The notes: generated by a model not told the origin, from the sequence alone. A DNA stretch of 64,000 nucleotides from Candidatus Dormiibacterota bacterium (GCA_963708605.1 CAVPTG010000004.1:250900-314899), one strand, 5' to 3'. Numbered from the stretch's first letter, positions 1 through 9,889 are shown. Made by a program: numbers and translations.

Positions 1-118
1 CGGGCGGTTCAGCGATTTCGACGGCGCGATGCGGATCGATTCGGGGAACGTGATCACCACCAACGGCCTCCTGCACGACGAGCTGGTGATGCTCATGGGA
101 GATGCGACAGGCAGCTAG
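1..118 (+). CDS. C-terminal fragment of an inositol monophosphatase-family protein (histidinol-phosphatase HisN-like), truncated by window edge
   Basis: The frame starting at base 2 reads GRFSDFDGAMRIDSGNVITTNGLLHDELVMLMGDATGS* (TAG 116-118). GxFxDxxG...NGxLHxE is the typical IMPase/HisN C-terminus. Confidence 0.6.
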   Translation, partial: GRFSDFDGAMRIDSGNVITTNGLLHDELVMLMGDATGS

Positions 119-119
119 A

Positions 120-158
120 CGAGACTGAGTTTCATGTAGACTGCCGTCTCATGAGACT
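120..158. promoter_or_regulatory. Fur/Zur-type 7-1-7 operator array overlapping the -10 element and start codon of the metal ABC importer
   Basis: CGAGACT-G-AGTTTCA (120-134) fits the TGAnAnT-n-AnTnTCA skeleton. AGACT recurs at 122, 138 and 154 (16-nt period). A perfect palindrome GTCTCATGAGAC (146-157) is centred on the ATG. The -10 TAGACT is at 137-142. Confidence 0.55.
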
Positions 159-1098
159 TTCATTTGCTGTTCGCAGTTCGAACGTTGCCCGGACGGCGGT
201 GCTCGGGCTCGGACTGATCGCGATCGCGCTGGTCACCGCCTGCGGGGCGACCCCCAGCCAGGCGGCACCGGGCACGATCGGGGTGGTGGCAGCCGAGAAC
301 GAGTACGGCAACGTCGCCGCCCAGATCGGCGGAAAGGACGTCTCCGTGACGTCGGTTGAAAGCAATCCGAACACCGATCCGCACACGTATGAGGTGAGCC
401 CCAGTGTCGCCCAGGACGTCGCGGCCGCCCAGCTCGTCATCCAGAACGGCGTCGGCTACGACAACTACATGAGCAAGATCCTCTCGGCCTCATCGAGCCA
501 GACGCGCAAGGTCATCAACGTGCAGCATCTCCTCGGGCTTCCGGACAGCACGCCCAACCCGCATCTGTGGTATGACCCGGCGACCATGCCGAAGGTGGCC
601 GACGCGATCGCTGCGGACCTCGCGGCATTGAAGCCGGGCGACGCGTCGTATTTCACCGCCAACGCAACCCGGTTCACCGCGTCGCTCAACCCCTGGCTGC
701 AGGCGCTCGCGAGCTTCAAGTCGCAGTACGCCGGGACGCCGGTGGCCACCACGGAACCGGTCGCGGACTACATGCTCCAGGCCGCCGGTGCCGACAACCT
801 GACGCCCTTCAAGTTTCAGGCGGACATCATGAACGGCGTCGATCCCGCACCCCAGGACGTGTCCCTCGAGACCAGTCTGTTCACGCAGCACCGCGCCAAG
901 GTGCTCGTTTACAACCAGCAGGTCACCGACGCGCTGACGCAGACGTTCATCAGCGCCGCCCAGTCCGCGAAGATCCCGGTCATCGGCGTGTACGAGACGA
1001 TGCCGACACCCGGCTACACCTATCAGTCGTGGATGCTCGCGGAGGTCACTGCGTTGCGCAACGCCGTCGCCAACGGTATCTCCACGCAACACCTGTAA
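151..1098 (+). CDS. znuA: Zn/Mn ABC transporter substrate-binding lipoprotein (ZnuA/TroA family)
   Basis: Lipobox LVTAC, DPHTYE and NPHLW metal-ligand motifs, first gene of an ABC operon. Confidence 0.9.
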   Translation: MRLSFAVRSSNVARTAVLGLGLIAIALVTACGATPSQAAPGTIGVVAAENEYGNVAAQIGGKDVSVTSVESNPNTDPHTYEVSPSVAQDVAAAQLVIQNGVGYDNYMSKILSASSSQTRKVINVQHLLGLPDSTPNPHLWYDPATMPKVADAIAADLAALKPGDASYFTANATRFTASLNPWLQALASFKSQYAGTPVATTEPVADYMLQAAGADNLTPFKFQADIMNGVDPAPQDVSLETSLFTQHRAKVLVYNQQVTDALTQTFISAAQSAKIPVIGVYETMPTPGYTYQSWMLAEVTALRNAVANGISTQHL

Positions 1099-1099
1099 C

Positions 1100-1930
1100 G
1101 TGCAGGGGCGCGCCTCGACCGGCGCGGACGAGATCCTCGCCGTCGACGGCATCAGCGTCACCCTGACCGGGCGCGAGATCCTTCGTGACGTCACCTTCCA
1201 CATCAATGCCGGTGAGTTCACCGGGCTGATCGGCTCGAACGGTGCCGGCAAGACAACGTTGCTCCGCGTCATCCTCGGGCTCATCAGCCCGAGCGCCGGT
1301 ACGGTGCGCGTTGAACGCGGAGTGCGGCGGCAGCCGCTGATCGGATACGTGCCGCAGCGGATCACGCTCGACCCGGACATGCCGTTGCGCGCACGCGATC
1401 TGGTCGGGCTCGGCATCGACGGTCAGCGTTTCGGATTGCCGTTGCCGTCGTCCGCACGACGCAAGCAGGTCGACGAGATGCTCGAGGCCGTCGACGCAAC
1501 GCGCTTCGCGGACTCGCGAGTCGGCAACCTGTCCGGTGGCGAGCAGCAACGGATCCTCATCGCCCATGCGTTGATCAGCCGTCCGCGCCTGCTCCTCCTC
1601 GATGAGCCGCTCGCGAACCTCGACCTCGGCAGCGAGCAGGAGGTGGTCGACCTTCTGGCGCGAATCGCGCGGGAGCAGCGGATCGCGGTGCTCATCTCGA
1701 CGCACGACATGAACCCGCTGCTTCCCGTGATGGACCGTATCGTCTATATCGCGAACGGCCGGATTGCGACCGGGACGACCGCTGAGGTGGTCTCGAGCGA
1801 GTCGCTCACCAAGCTCTACGGAGTGCACGTTGACGTGATCCACGTCCATGACCGGATTCTCGTGGTGGCGGGACGCCGCGAGGAGGCGCTCCAGCACGGC
1901 GACACCGAGTCCATCGTCGAGCTGGTGTAG
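1100..1930 (+). CDS. znuC: Metal ABC transporter ATP-binding subunit
   Basis: Walker A GSNGAGKT, signature LSGGEQQR, Walker B LLLLDEP, H-loop STHD. Confidence 0.9.
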   Translation: MQGRASTGADEILAVDGISVTLTGREILRDVTFHINAGEFTGLIGSNGAGKTTLLRVILGLISPSAGTVRVERGVRRQPLIGYVPQRITLDPDMPLRARDLVGLGIDGQRFGLPLPSSARRKQVDEMLEAVDATRFADSRVGNLSGGEQQRILIAHALISRPRLLLLDEPLANLDLGSEQEVVDLLARIAREQRIAVLISTHDMNPLLPVMDRIVYIANGRIATGTTAEVVSSESLTKLYGVHVDVIHVHDRILVVAGRREEALQHGDTESIVELV

Positions 1931-1932
1931 CC

Positions 1933-2832
1933 GTGGCCGGATTCCTCTCACCGCTCATCGAGCCGGGCTTCTTCTCCAACCTCCCGGTGCAGACCGCGCT
2001 GGTGGTGGGCGGGGTGGTCGCGGTGGTGTCAGGCATCGTCGGCGTGTTCACGGTGATGCGCGGCCAGTCGTTCGCCGGTCACTCGCTGGCCGATATCGGC
2101 ACCGCGGGTGGATCGGCGGCGTTCCTGCTCGGGATCAGCCCACTGTTCGGGTACGTCGCGATGAACCTGATGGCTGCGGGTGTGATGGAGTGGATCGGCA
2201 TCCGGCGCCCCCGAGGGCGCGACCTCGCGACCGGAATCGTACTGGGTGCCGCGCTCGGGCTCGCTGCGCTGTTCCTTTACCTGGACACCACCGGGTCGAG
2301 CACCACCGGGGCGACCGTCAACGTTCTTTTCGGGTCGATCTTCACGCTGTCCCCATCGATGGTCCCGGTGATCGCGATCTTCAGCGTCATCGCCGTCGGC
2401 ATCGTGCTGCTGATGTACCGGCCCCTGATCCTCACGTCGATCAGCACTGATCTGGCGATCGCACGGGGCATCCGCATTCGCCGGGTCGGCATCGGCTACC
2501 TGGTGGCGCTCGCCCTCGCCGTGTCGCTTTCCGCGGTGACCATCGGGGCGATCCTCTCGACGGCGCTGCTGATCGGACCCGCGGCGACGGCACTGCACAT
2601 CACCAACCGGACGGGTCGCGCCGCGGCGATCGCGGCCGGCATCGGGGTCATCGCCACCTGGCTTGGCGTGCTGCTCGCGTACGACAGCTACTACTGGTTT
2701 CCAAGCGGTGGCGGGTGGCCGGTGAGCTTCTTCGTCGTCACCCTGATCTTCCTCGGGTATCTCCTTTCGCAGCTTCGGTTTCGCGGACGCTCGGTGGCGG
2801 TGCGCCGGTCGGCCACCGCACAGGCACGCTGA
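1933..2832 (+). CDS. znuB: Metal ABC transporter permease (ABC-3 family)
   Basis: Multi-TM protein; RGQSFAGHSLADIGTAG and IGAILSTALLIGPAA motifs typical of ZnuB. Confidence 0.85.
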   Translation: MAGFLSPLIEPGFFSNLPVQTALVVGGVVAVVSGIVGVFTVMRGQSFAGHSLADIGTAGGSAAFLLGISPLFGYVAMNLMAAGVMEWIGIRRPRGRDLATGIVLGAALGLAALFLYLDTTGSSTTGATVNVLFGSIFTLSPSMVPVIAIFSVIAVGIVLLMYRPLILTSISTDLAIARGIRIRRVGIGYLVALALAVSLSAVTIGAILSTALLIGPAATALHITNRTGRAAAIAAGIGVIATWLGVLLAYDSYYWFPSGGGWPVSFFVVTLIFLGYLLSQLRFRGRSVAVRRSATAQAR

Positions 2833-3680
2833 TGTTCTCCGACCTGATGCTCAACGCCTGGGGGTCGGCATCGATCGTCGCCGTCGTCGCGGGCGTGGTC
2901 GGATTCTTCATCGTCCTGCGCGGGTCGGCGTTCGCGGCGCACGCCCTGCCCAACGGGGCGTTTGCCGGCGCGGCCGGGGCGAGCCTCATCGGCGTCGACG
3001 CGATCGTCGGGCTCGCGGTGTTCTCGGTGCTCGGGGCGCTGACCATCGCCGGTCTCGGGCGGCGGGCTCGCCACGACGTCGCCACCGCGCTCGTGATCGT
3101 GGTGATGCTCGGCCTGGGATCGCTGTTCCTGTCGATGACCACCGAGTACGCGCCGGAGATCTACTCGCTGCTCTTCGGTGAGGTGCTCGGGGTGAGCAGC
3201 AGTGAACTTGTTCCCATCGCGGTGATCGGCGTCATCTGCATCGCTGCGGTCTTTCTCGTCTATCGGCCGCTCATGTTCTCGTCGGTGATGCCCGACGTCG
3301 CCGAGGCGCGCGGCGTGGGCAGCGGTCGCATGGAAGTCGTCTTCCTGCTCGTCGTCGCGCTCACCACGACCATGGCGGTGCCGGTGGTCGGCGCTCTGCT
3401 CATCTTCAGCCTGCTGATCAGCCCCGCGGCTGCCGCGCGGTCCTTCACTGATCGGCCGTTCACCGCGATGGGCCTGTCGGTGCTGATCGCGCTCGGCACC
3501 GTGTGGGCGGCGATCGCCCTGGCGTATCTGTCCAATCTGCCGATCGGCTTCTTCGTCGGGTCAATCGGCGCCGGGACGTACGCCGCCGGCAGGGGATGGG
3601 CCGCGTGGAAACGCAATCGCGCTGCCGCACCTCGCGTGGGCGCCGCGCGACCGCGGCCCGCACGGGCGCAGCCCTCCTAG
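2832..3680 (+). CDS. Second metal ABC transporter permease (ABC-3 family paralog)
   Basis: ATG at 2832 overlaps the upstream TGA (TGATG). Motifs LRGSAFAAHALPNGAFAG and VGALLIFSLLISPAAA. Confidence 0.85.
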   Translation: MFSDLMLNAWGSASIVAVVAGVVGFFIVLRGSAFAAHALPNGAFAGAAGASLIGVDAIVGLAVFSVLGALTIAGLGRRARHDVATALVIVVMLGLGSLFLSMTTEYAPEIYSLLFGEVLGVSSSELVPIAVIGVICIAAVFLVYRPLMFSSVMPDVAEARGVGSGRMEVVFLLVVALTTTMAVPVVGALLIFSLLISPAAAARSFTDRPFTAMGLSVLIALGTVWAAIALAYLSNLPIGFFVGSIGAGTYAAGRGWAAWKRNRAAAPRVGAARPRPARAQPS

Positions 3681-3682
3681 AC

Positions 3683-3803
3683 GGGCGGAGGGGACCCCGG
3701 CTCCGGCTTCAAAACCGGACTATTCAGCCTCCGCCGGGGTCCCCTCCGCCCTCCGCCGGCGCTTCCGACCGGACCATCCAGCGTGCGCCGGGGTCCCCTC
3801 CGC
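3683..3803. repeat. REP-like palindromic intergenic repeat
   Basis: Perfect 19-bp inverted repeat GGGCGGAGGGGACCCCGGC (3683-3701) / GCCGGGGTCCCCTCCGCCC (3733-3751). A third arm copy is at 3787-3803. The unit ACCGGACYATYCAGC-N4-GCCGGGGTCCCCTCCGC repeats at 3714 and 3768 (54-nt period). Confidence 0.8.
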
Positions 3804-3853
3804 TCACTCCGCCACTGCACCCCTGTGGCGCGTCACGCCGGTAAGATCGCCCG

Positions 3854-5125
3854 ATGTCGCCACGAGCCGAACGTTCCCGTCCCTTCGGACTGGCCGGTGC
3901 GCTCGTCCTCGCTGTGCTGGGGGCGGCCTGCGCGAGCGTCGCGGCGGCCGGCCCGGTGCCCATCCGCATCGGGGCGATCTTCCCCTTGTCGGGCACCACG
4001 GCGCCGGACTCGACCGATGAGTATCTCGGTGCGACGCTGGCTGCGCAGCTGGCGAACGCCGACGGGGGCATCGCCGGCCATCGGATCACGCTCGATGTGC
4101 GTGACGTCGAGGATCAGGCTCAGATCCCCGCAGCCGTGTCGCGCCTCCAGGCTGACGGAGTTCCTGTCGTGATTGGCGCATACTCGTCGCAGCTGTCGAT
4201 CCCTGCCGCGGCGGCGGTGTCGGCCGCCGGCATGGTGTACTGGGAGACCGGCGCGGTCGCGGATCGCGTGACCGGGCAGGGTTCGCCGCTGGTGTTCCGC
4301 GTCGGCGTCAACGGCGCCGAGCTGGGTGCCAACGCCGGGAAGTTCATGCTCGAGCAACTGGTGCCGCGCATGGCGATTCCGGTCGGCGGGATCCGTGTGT
4401 CCTTCGTCACCGCAAACGACGACTACGGTCACAGCGTCGCCGACGCGACCCGCATCGCGCTCGAGGCGGGGGGTGTGCATATCAGCGGCGAGTCCGTCTA
4501 CAACCCGTACACACCCGACTGGGCGCCGGTGATGCGAGCTCTCGCCGCGGAGAAGCCTGACATCCTGGTGCTCTCGTCGCACATCCAGGACGGCATCGCA
4601 TTCCGGCGCGCGTTTCTCGCGGCGGGGCTTGGGGTCAAGGTGTTCATGGGCACCACCATGGCGCAGTGCGACCAGGACTTCGGCAACGTTCTCGGCGCCG
4701 CCGCGGTTGGTGTCTTCGCCTCGGATCGCCCCCAGGGCGACTTCAACCCGGGTGCGCTCGATCCCCAGGCTCGGTCGCTGTATGACCGTTTCGCCGCTCT
4801 CTGGAAGCAGCGCACGGGCGAGGCCGCGCCGGACGAGGAGGGGATTGCCGGTTTCACCGCTGCCTGGGCGCTCTTTGCGGACGTCCTCGATCGCGCCGGG
4901 GATGACAGCGCGCAGAGCATTGCCGCAGCCGCACGATCTCTCGATCTCCCGACCGGCAGCCTCCCGAACGGTGGTGGCGTGCTGTTCTCGTCCGCACGCG
5001 GTCAGCTTGGACAGAACACCCGGGCAGCCGCGGTGGTGTGGCAGTGGCAATCGCCCCGGCACAGCGTGGTCGTGTGGCCGCCCGTCTACGCGACCGGGCA
5101 GGTCAAGCTCGCCGCCGCCTCGTGA
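3854..5125 (+). CDS. Orphan ABC transporter substrate-binding protein (branched-chain amino acid/LivJ-like, Peripla_BP_6)
   Basis: Signal peptide, IRIGAIFPLSG, GGIAGHRITLDVRD, VVIGAYSSQ. The -10 TAAGAT (3842-3847) lies 6 nt before the ATG. Confidence 0.8.
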   Translation: MSPRAERSRPFGLAGALVLAVLGAACASVAAAGPVPIRIGAIFPLSGTTAPDSTDEYLGATLAAQLANADGGIAGHRITLDVRDVEDQAQIPAAVSRLQADGVPVVIGAYSSQLSIPAAAAVSAAGMVYWETGAVADRVTGQGSPLVFRVGVNGAELGANAGKFMLEQLVPRMAIPVGGIRVSFVTANDDYGHSVADATRIALEAGGVHISGESVYNPYTPDWAPVMRALAAEKPDILVLSSHIQDGIAFRRAFLAAGLGVKVFMGTTMAQCDQDFGNVLGAAAVGVFASDRPQGDFNPGALDPQARSLYDRFAALWKQRTGEAAPDEEGIAGFTAAWALFADVLDRAGDDSAQSIAAAARSLDLPTGSLPNGGGVLFSSARGQLGQNTRAAAVVWQWQSPRHSVVVWPPVYATGQVKLAAAS

Positions 5126-5158
5126 TTGGCTGAGGGCTCATCGAGGCATACTCCCACC

Positions 5159-5638
5159 ATGGAAACAGCGACATTCGGCGCAGGGTGCTTCTGGGGCGTG
5201 GAATCGGTATTCGAACAGGTCGACGGGGTCCTTGCGACCAAGGTCGGCTACACCGGCGGCTTCACTCAGGCCCCCTCATACGAGGAGGTTTGCTCGCATC
5301 GCACCGGACACGCCGAGGCGGTCGAGGTCACGTTCGACCCGGCGCGCGTGAGCTATGACACGTTGCTCGACATCTTCTGGATGAACCACGATCCGACGCA
5401 GCTGAACCGCCAGGGCCCGGACGTCGGCGACAACTACCGATCGGTCATCTTCTATCACTCCCCGGAGCAGGAGGCTGCCGCGACCGCGTCGAAGAAGCGC
5501 GTCGAGGAGTCGGGTCGCTACAGGCGCCCGATCGTCACTGAGATCGTTCCAGCCGCGACGTTCTGGGACGCCGAGGAGTACCACCAGAAGTACTTCTCGC
5601 GGCGGGGAATCGCTGCGACCTGCAACATTCCCGCGTAA
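5159..5638 (+). CDS. msrA: Peptide-methionine (S)-S-oxide reductase MsrA
   Basis: GAGCFWG active site, GYTGG, TGHAE, HDPTQLNRQGPDVG, AEEYHQKY. Start taken as ATG 5159, with CATACT 6 nt upstream. Confidence 0.95.
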   Translation: METATFGAGCFWGVESVFEQVDGVLATKVGYTGGFTQAPSYEEVCSHRTGHAEAVEVTFDPARVSYDTLLDIFWMNHDPTQLNRQGPDVGDNYRSVIFYHSPEQEAAATASKKRVEESGRYRRPIVTEIVPAATFWDAEEYHQKYFSRRGIAATCNIPA

Positions 5639-5651
5639 GGTCGTCGTTTGC

Positions 5652-5666
5652 CGCCCTGCAAGGGCG
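5652..5666. terminator. Short hairpin between convergent genes (possible bidirectional terminator)
   Basis: CGCCCT-GCA-AGGGCG between the msrA and methyltransferase stop codons; no clear U-tract. Confidence 0.35.
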
Positions 5667-5679
5667 TTGCGCCACGTGG

Positions 5680-6324
5680 TCAGCGGCGGCGGGCACGCAG
5701 GATGATGTCGGCGATGTGCGGATTGCCCGCCGGCGGATCGATACGCGGCTCCAACAGACGCTCGACCGTGAAGTCGTTGTCGAGCAGCCGGCCGAGGTCG
5801 TCGGCGTCGACGTAGTCCGCGGGGTCAACGCCTCGCGACTTCATGTGCTCGCGGTGCTCGGCGTCAAGGTCGTGGTACACGGCGAGCAGCAACCCCCCGG
5901 GGCGCACTGCGTTCAGGAGTTCCCGCACGGCGGGCTCCCCGGCCGCCTTGGGCAGCGCCGGATACTGCAGCGACACCAGCTCGAACGAACCGGCCGGGAA
6001 GGCCGTCCGTAAAGCATCGGCGCAGATCCACTCGACCGCGACGCCGGCCAGCTCTGCCGCCGCTCGCGCCCGGCTCACAGCGACCGCGGAGATGTCGATC
6101 GCAGCAACCGTCCAGCCGTTGCGCGCAAGCCAGATCGCGTCGGCCCCCTCACCGCAGCCGACGTCGAGCGCCCGCCCCGGCGTGAGGCCCGCGACCTCGG
6201 CGACGAGCCGGCCGTTGGGGCGGCCGCTCCACAACGCGCCGTTTGGCTCGCTGTACCGTGCGTCCCACTCGTCGGCCTGGCCCTGCGCGGTGAACCGCTT
6301 CTGGTCCTGTTCGTCCTCACGCAT
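5680..6324 (-). CDS. Class I SAM-dependent methyltransferase
   Basis: ALDVGCGEGADAIWLA motif I and VAAIDIS motif II. Start at the second ATG (6324), which lies 7 nt after a TACCAT -10. Confidence 0.85.
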   Translation of the reverse strand: MREDEQDQKRFTAQGQADEWDARYSEPNGALWSGRPNGRLVAEVAGLTPGRALDVGCGEGADAIWLARNGWTVAAIDISAVAVSRARAAAELAGVAVEWICADALRTAFPAGSFELVSLQYPALPKAAGEPAVRELLNAVRPGGLLLAVYHDLDAEHREHMKSRGVDPADYVDADDLGRLLDNDFTVERLLEPRIDPPAGNPHIADIILRARRR

Positions 6325-6427
6325 GTTCCGCATGGTAGATCGCGCCGGCCAACCTTCTGCTCGGGGGTCGTGACCCGCTCCGAACGTGCGAGCGGGGTTG
6401 CTCGGCCCGCGATGTGCTCAATTCCGC

Positions 6428-8474
6428 CTACAGGTCGACTCCGGCGCGGAGAACGGCGAGCACGCCGTCGCCGTAGCGCTCGAGTTTGGCGGGGCCGACG
6501 CCCGGGATGTTCGCGAGCGCTCCGGCGCTCGCGGGTCGCCGGTGCGCGATCTCGGCCAGCGTACGGTCGTGGAAGACGACGTACGGCGGCACCTCTGTGC
6601 TGCGTGCGACGCCCAGCCGCCAGCTCCGCAGTGCCTCGAAGCGCGCCGCCACTTCAGGTGTCATCTCGAGTGCGGTCGTCGATCCGCCGGCCGGTTTGCG
6701 GCCCCCGCTCACACGCACCTGTGACGTCGCACGGACGTCGACGTCGATCGCCTCCTCGCCGCGCAGCACCGCGCTGCCCCGTGGCGTGATCCCGAGGGTT
6801 GGCTTCTCACCGTGGCCACGACTGATGCATCCGAGCTCCACCAGGCGTTCCAGCAGCTCGCGAATCCGTTCCAGGTCCCAGCCGCGGAGCGCGCCGAACC
6901 ACTGCAGCTCCGTGACCCAGGACCGCGACGACGTCCACGCATCGGTACCACCGCGAAGGATCGAGGCGATCCGGACGCCACCGAGATGGCCGTCGAACCG
7001 CGCCACGCAGGCGAGCGCCGCATTCACCTGTGCGGTGTCCACGGGCGCGTACGCGGTGCGGTTGCTGTCGAGGCAGTTGTCGCACGCCATGCAAGTGCGA
7101 GCCACGCCGTGCTCGCCGAAGTAATCGGCGATGCGGGCGTGCCGGCAGCCTCGCGTGCCCGCATATTCCATGACCTGATTGACGCGCGCGTACGCGTTGG
7201 CCTTCAACACCGTCTGCTCGTCGAAATCAACCGGCGCCCCGGTGAGTCGCCGGATGCTGCCGTCGGCCTGGATGACCTCGGCTCTGCGGAGCAGGTCGAG
7301 CGCGGCGCGCGCGGCGTTGACCGCGACGCCCCGAGCCTGCCAGTCATCGATGGCGTCGCTGCCTTCGCGAAGCAACTCGCGATAGACAGAGCGGACGACG
7401 TCGCGCTCGGGATACGCCTGCTCGATGAAGAACTCCTGCAGCTGGCGGTCGGCCGGGCTGTAGAGGAGGATGCACTCCGAAGGCTCTCCATCGCGTCCGG
7501 CGCGCCCTGCCTGCTGGTAGTACTCCTCGAGGCTGCTCGGAAAATCGTGGTGGATCACCCGGCGGATGTCCGGGAAGTCCACGCCCATGCCGAATGCCGA
7601 CGTGGCGACGATTGCCTGCAGACGGCCCGCGGCGAACCGCTCGTGCACATCCTGCCGCGCGTCTCCGTCCACGGCACCGTGATAGGCGGCGACGGCGATG
7701 CCGGCGCCGGCGATCAGCTCGGTGACCTCGTCCGTCGTCCGTCTGCTCCCGCAGTACACGAGCGCTCGGCCCGCGTCCGGACGCACGAGGCGCAACAGCG
7801 CGTCGCGCTTGTCGGCCGCGCCGCGGCAGCGGATGACCGACATCGTGAGGTTCTCGCGCACGAATCCGGTGACCCGCTCGACCGGGGCGCTGAGCCCGAG
7901 GCTCGATGCGATGTCGGCGCGAACGCGCGGTGTCGCCGTCGCGGTGAAGGCGCCGACCGGCGGCCTGCCGCAAGCGGCGATGGCATCGCCGAGACGCCGG
8001 TAGTCGGGGCGAAAGTCATGGCCCCAGCTGGAGATGCAGTGCGCCTCGTCGACGATGAATCGATCCACGCTCAGCCTGCTCAGGCTGTCAAGGAAGCCGG
8101 AGGCGCCGAGCCGTTCGGGAGCGAGGTAGAGAAAACGGAGCTCGCCGGCGCCGGCCGCTCGCAGCGACTCGCTGCGGGTTGAGGCCGGCACCTGGCTGTG
8201 CAGGCACGCGGCGGGAACCCCGAGGGCGATGAGTTCGAGCGACCTGGTCGACCATGAGCGCGATCAACGGAGACACGACGATGGTCAAACCCCCGCCGGC
8301 GATCCCGGGGACCCAGTACGCGATGCTCTTCCCGGAGCCAGTCGGGGCCACGAAGAGCACGTCCGCGCGCGCCTCGGCTGCAGCGACGACGTCGGCCTGT
8401 CCCGGCCGGAAGTCCGCAAATCCGAAGGTCTGCTCGAGGACCGCACGAGCCCGAGGCGAGGGCTCGAGCGGCAT
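6428..8474 (-). CDS. recQ: ATP-dependent DNA helicase RecQ with HRDC domain (one apparent +1 frameshift at about 8234)
   Basis: FRPGQ, PTGSGKS, VVSPLIALM, VDEAHCISSWGHDFRPDY, TATAT, ATSAFGMGVD, YYQQAGRAGRDG, Zn site CR..C..CDNC, C-terminal HRDC. The two ORFs rejoin if one base of GAGTTC (8231-8236) is removed. Confidence 0.9.
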
Positions 8475-8885
8475 CAGCTCGCTGACTTTTCCAGCTTGAG
8501 CGCGCAGGAGTTCATGCAGAAGCGCTGGCCGGTCGGCTCGGGTCCGTCCGGGAAGACGTGGCCGAGGTGCCCGCCGCACTTGGCGCACCGGATCTCGGTG
8601 CGCGGGATGAGCATGCTCCAGTCCCGATGCTCCTCGACGACCCCGTTGCGAAGCGGCTCATAAAAGCTCGGCCAGCCGGTGCCGGAGTTCGAACTTGGTG
8701 TCGGAGCTGAACAGCTCGGCGCCGCAGCCGGCGCACGTGTAGACGCCCTTGTCGTTCACGTGGACGTACTGCCCGGTGAAGGGGCGTTCGGTGCTCGACT
8801 TGCGAAGCACGTTGTACTGCTCGGGCGTCAGACGCTGACGCCACTCGTCGTCGGTCAGGGTGACTTTCTCGTCCATGGTCTTCAC
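8474..8885 (-). CDS. msrB: Peptide-methionine (R)-S-oxide reductase MsrB (one apparent +1 frameshift at about 8688)
   Basis: [21 protein letters not shown], then [33 protein letters not shown] after removing one base of GAGTTC (8685-8690). The start overlaps the WYL gene stop (GTGA) and the stop overlaps the recQ start (TGATG). Confidence 0.9.
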
Positions 8886-9880
8886 TTTTTACCCCGTTTG
8901 GCAGGACTCGACGCATACAGTGCCGCGGCCGCCGCGTGGCTCTCCGCGATGTGGCGGCGCAGCGACTCGGGTTCGAGCACCTCGACGTTCGGACCCCATC
9001 GCATCAGCCATGGGCGCATCTCGACCTCGCCGGCCACGTCGAGGCGAACCTCGATGCCGCCCCCGGGAAGATCGGTTCGCCTGGCGTGCGCCGGCCAAGG
9101 GCTCTCGTCGACCCATTGGCGTGCCTCGGGGCTGAACCGCAGCACCACTCGATCCCCGCCGGCTCCCTGCCAGATCGCCCATGAGGCTCCGAGCACGGTG
9201 TCGATGTCGAAGTCGTCGGGCACCGCGAAGCTCGATGGGAGCAGCCGCGCCGCCCGGATCCGATCGAGCCGCAACGACCGCACCTCGTGCGACACCGAAT
9301 CGAGGGCGAAGACATAGATGTGCCGCCCCTCGGCTGTCGGCTGGATGAAGTAGGGGCGGAGATCGCGGCGGGTCTCGTTGCCCTTGGCGTCGACATATCG
9401 CACCTCGATCTCGCGATGGGTCACGAACCCGTCGATGACGGTGCGCTCGATCTTCAGGCGCTCGGCGTCGGCGGGCCGGCGTTCCGCTGCCGCCAACGTC
9501 CGGCGCAGGTACTCGCTCACCACCGGCACACTCAGCGCCCGGGACAGGTGGGCGAGGGCACCGACCAGTGCCGGGTCCTGTTCGGGGCGCACCTGCTGCA
9601 GGAGTTGCACCGCCACCAGGAGCAGCGTCGCCTGGTAATGGTCGAGCTGCAGGGGCGGGAGCAGGCTGCCCTTGCCGATGCGCCAGCGACCACCGGATTC
9701 CTCGACGTCGATACCGGCGTTGTCGCGCAGCGTCGCCACGTATCGCTGGACCGTGCGCGTGTTGACCTCGAGCTCCTCGGCAAGCTGCCGCGTGGTCAGG
9801 CCCACCTCGGTCTCGCAGAGGCGCGCGAACAGCTTGATGACCCGAAGCTCCTTCTCTCCCTTCTCGTAAACGCCTGGCAC
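8882..9880 (-). CDS. HTH-WYL-WCX transcriptional regulator (PafB/PafC/DriD-like)
   Basis: N-terminal HTH (LAEELEVNTRTVQRYVATL), WYL region (RDLRPYFI...IYVFALDSVSHEVRSLRLDRI), WCX tail (MRPWLMRWGPNVEVLEPESLR). The -10 TAGGCT lies 6 nt before the GTG. Confidence 0.9.
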   Translation of the reverse strand: MPGVYEKGEKELRVIKLFARLCETEVGLTTRQLAEELEVNTRTVQRYVATLRDNAGIDVEESGGRWRIGKGSLLPPLQLDHYQATLLLVAVQLLQQVRPEQDPALVGALAHLSRALSVPVVSEYLRRTLAAAERRPADAERLKIERTVIDGFVTHREIEVRYVDAKGNETRRDLRPYFIQPTAEGRHIYVFALDSVSHEVRSLRLDRIRAARLLPSSFAVPDDFDIDTVLGASWAIWQGAGGDRVVLRFSPEARQWVDESPWPAHARRTDLPGGGIEVRLDVAGEVEMRPWLMRWGPNVEVLEPESLRRHIAESHAAAAALYASSPAKRGKK

Positions 9881-9889
9881 GCAAGGAGC

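Noticed and set aside
3683-3803. Possible mini-CRISPR array
   Set aside because: Only two to three arms, one of them inverted; the intervening sequences are related rather than unique spacers; no cas operon nearby.
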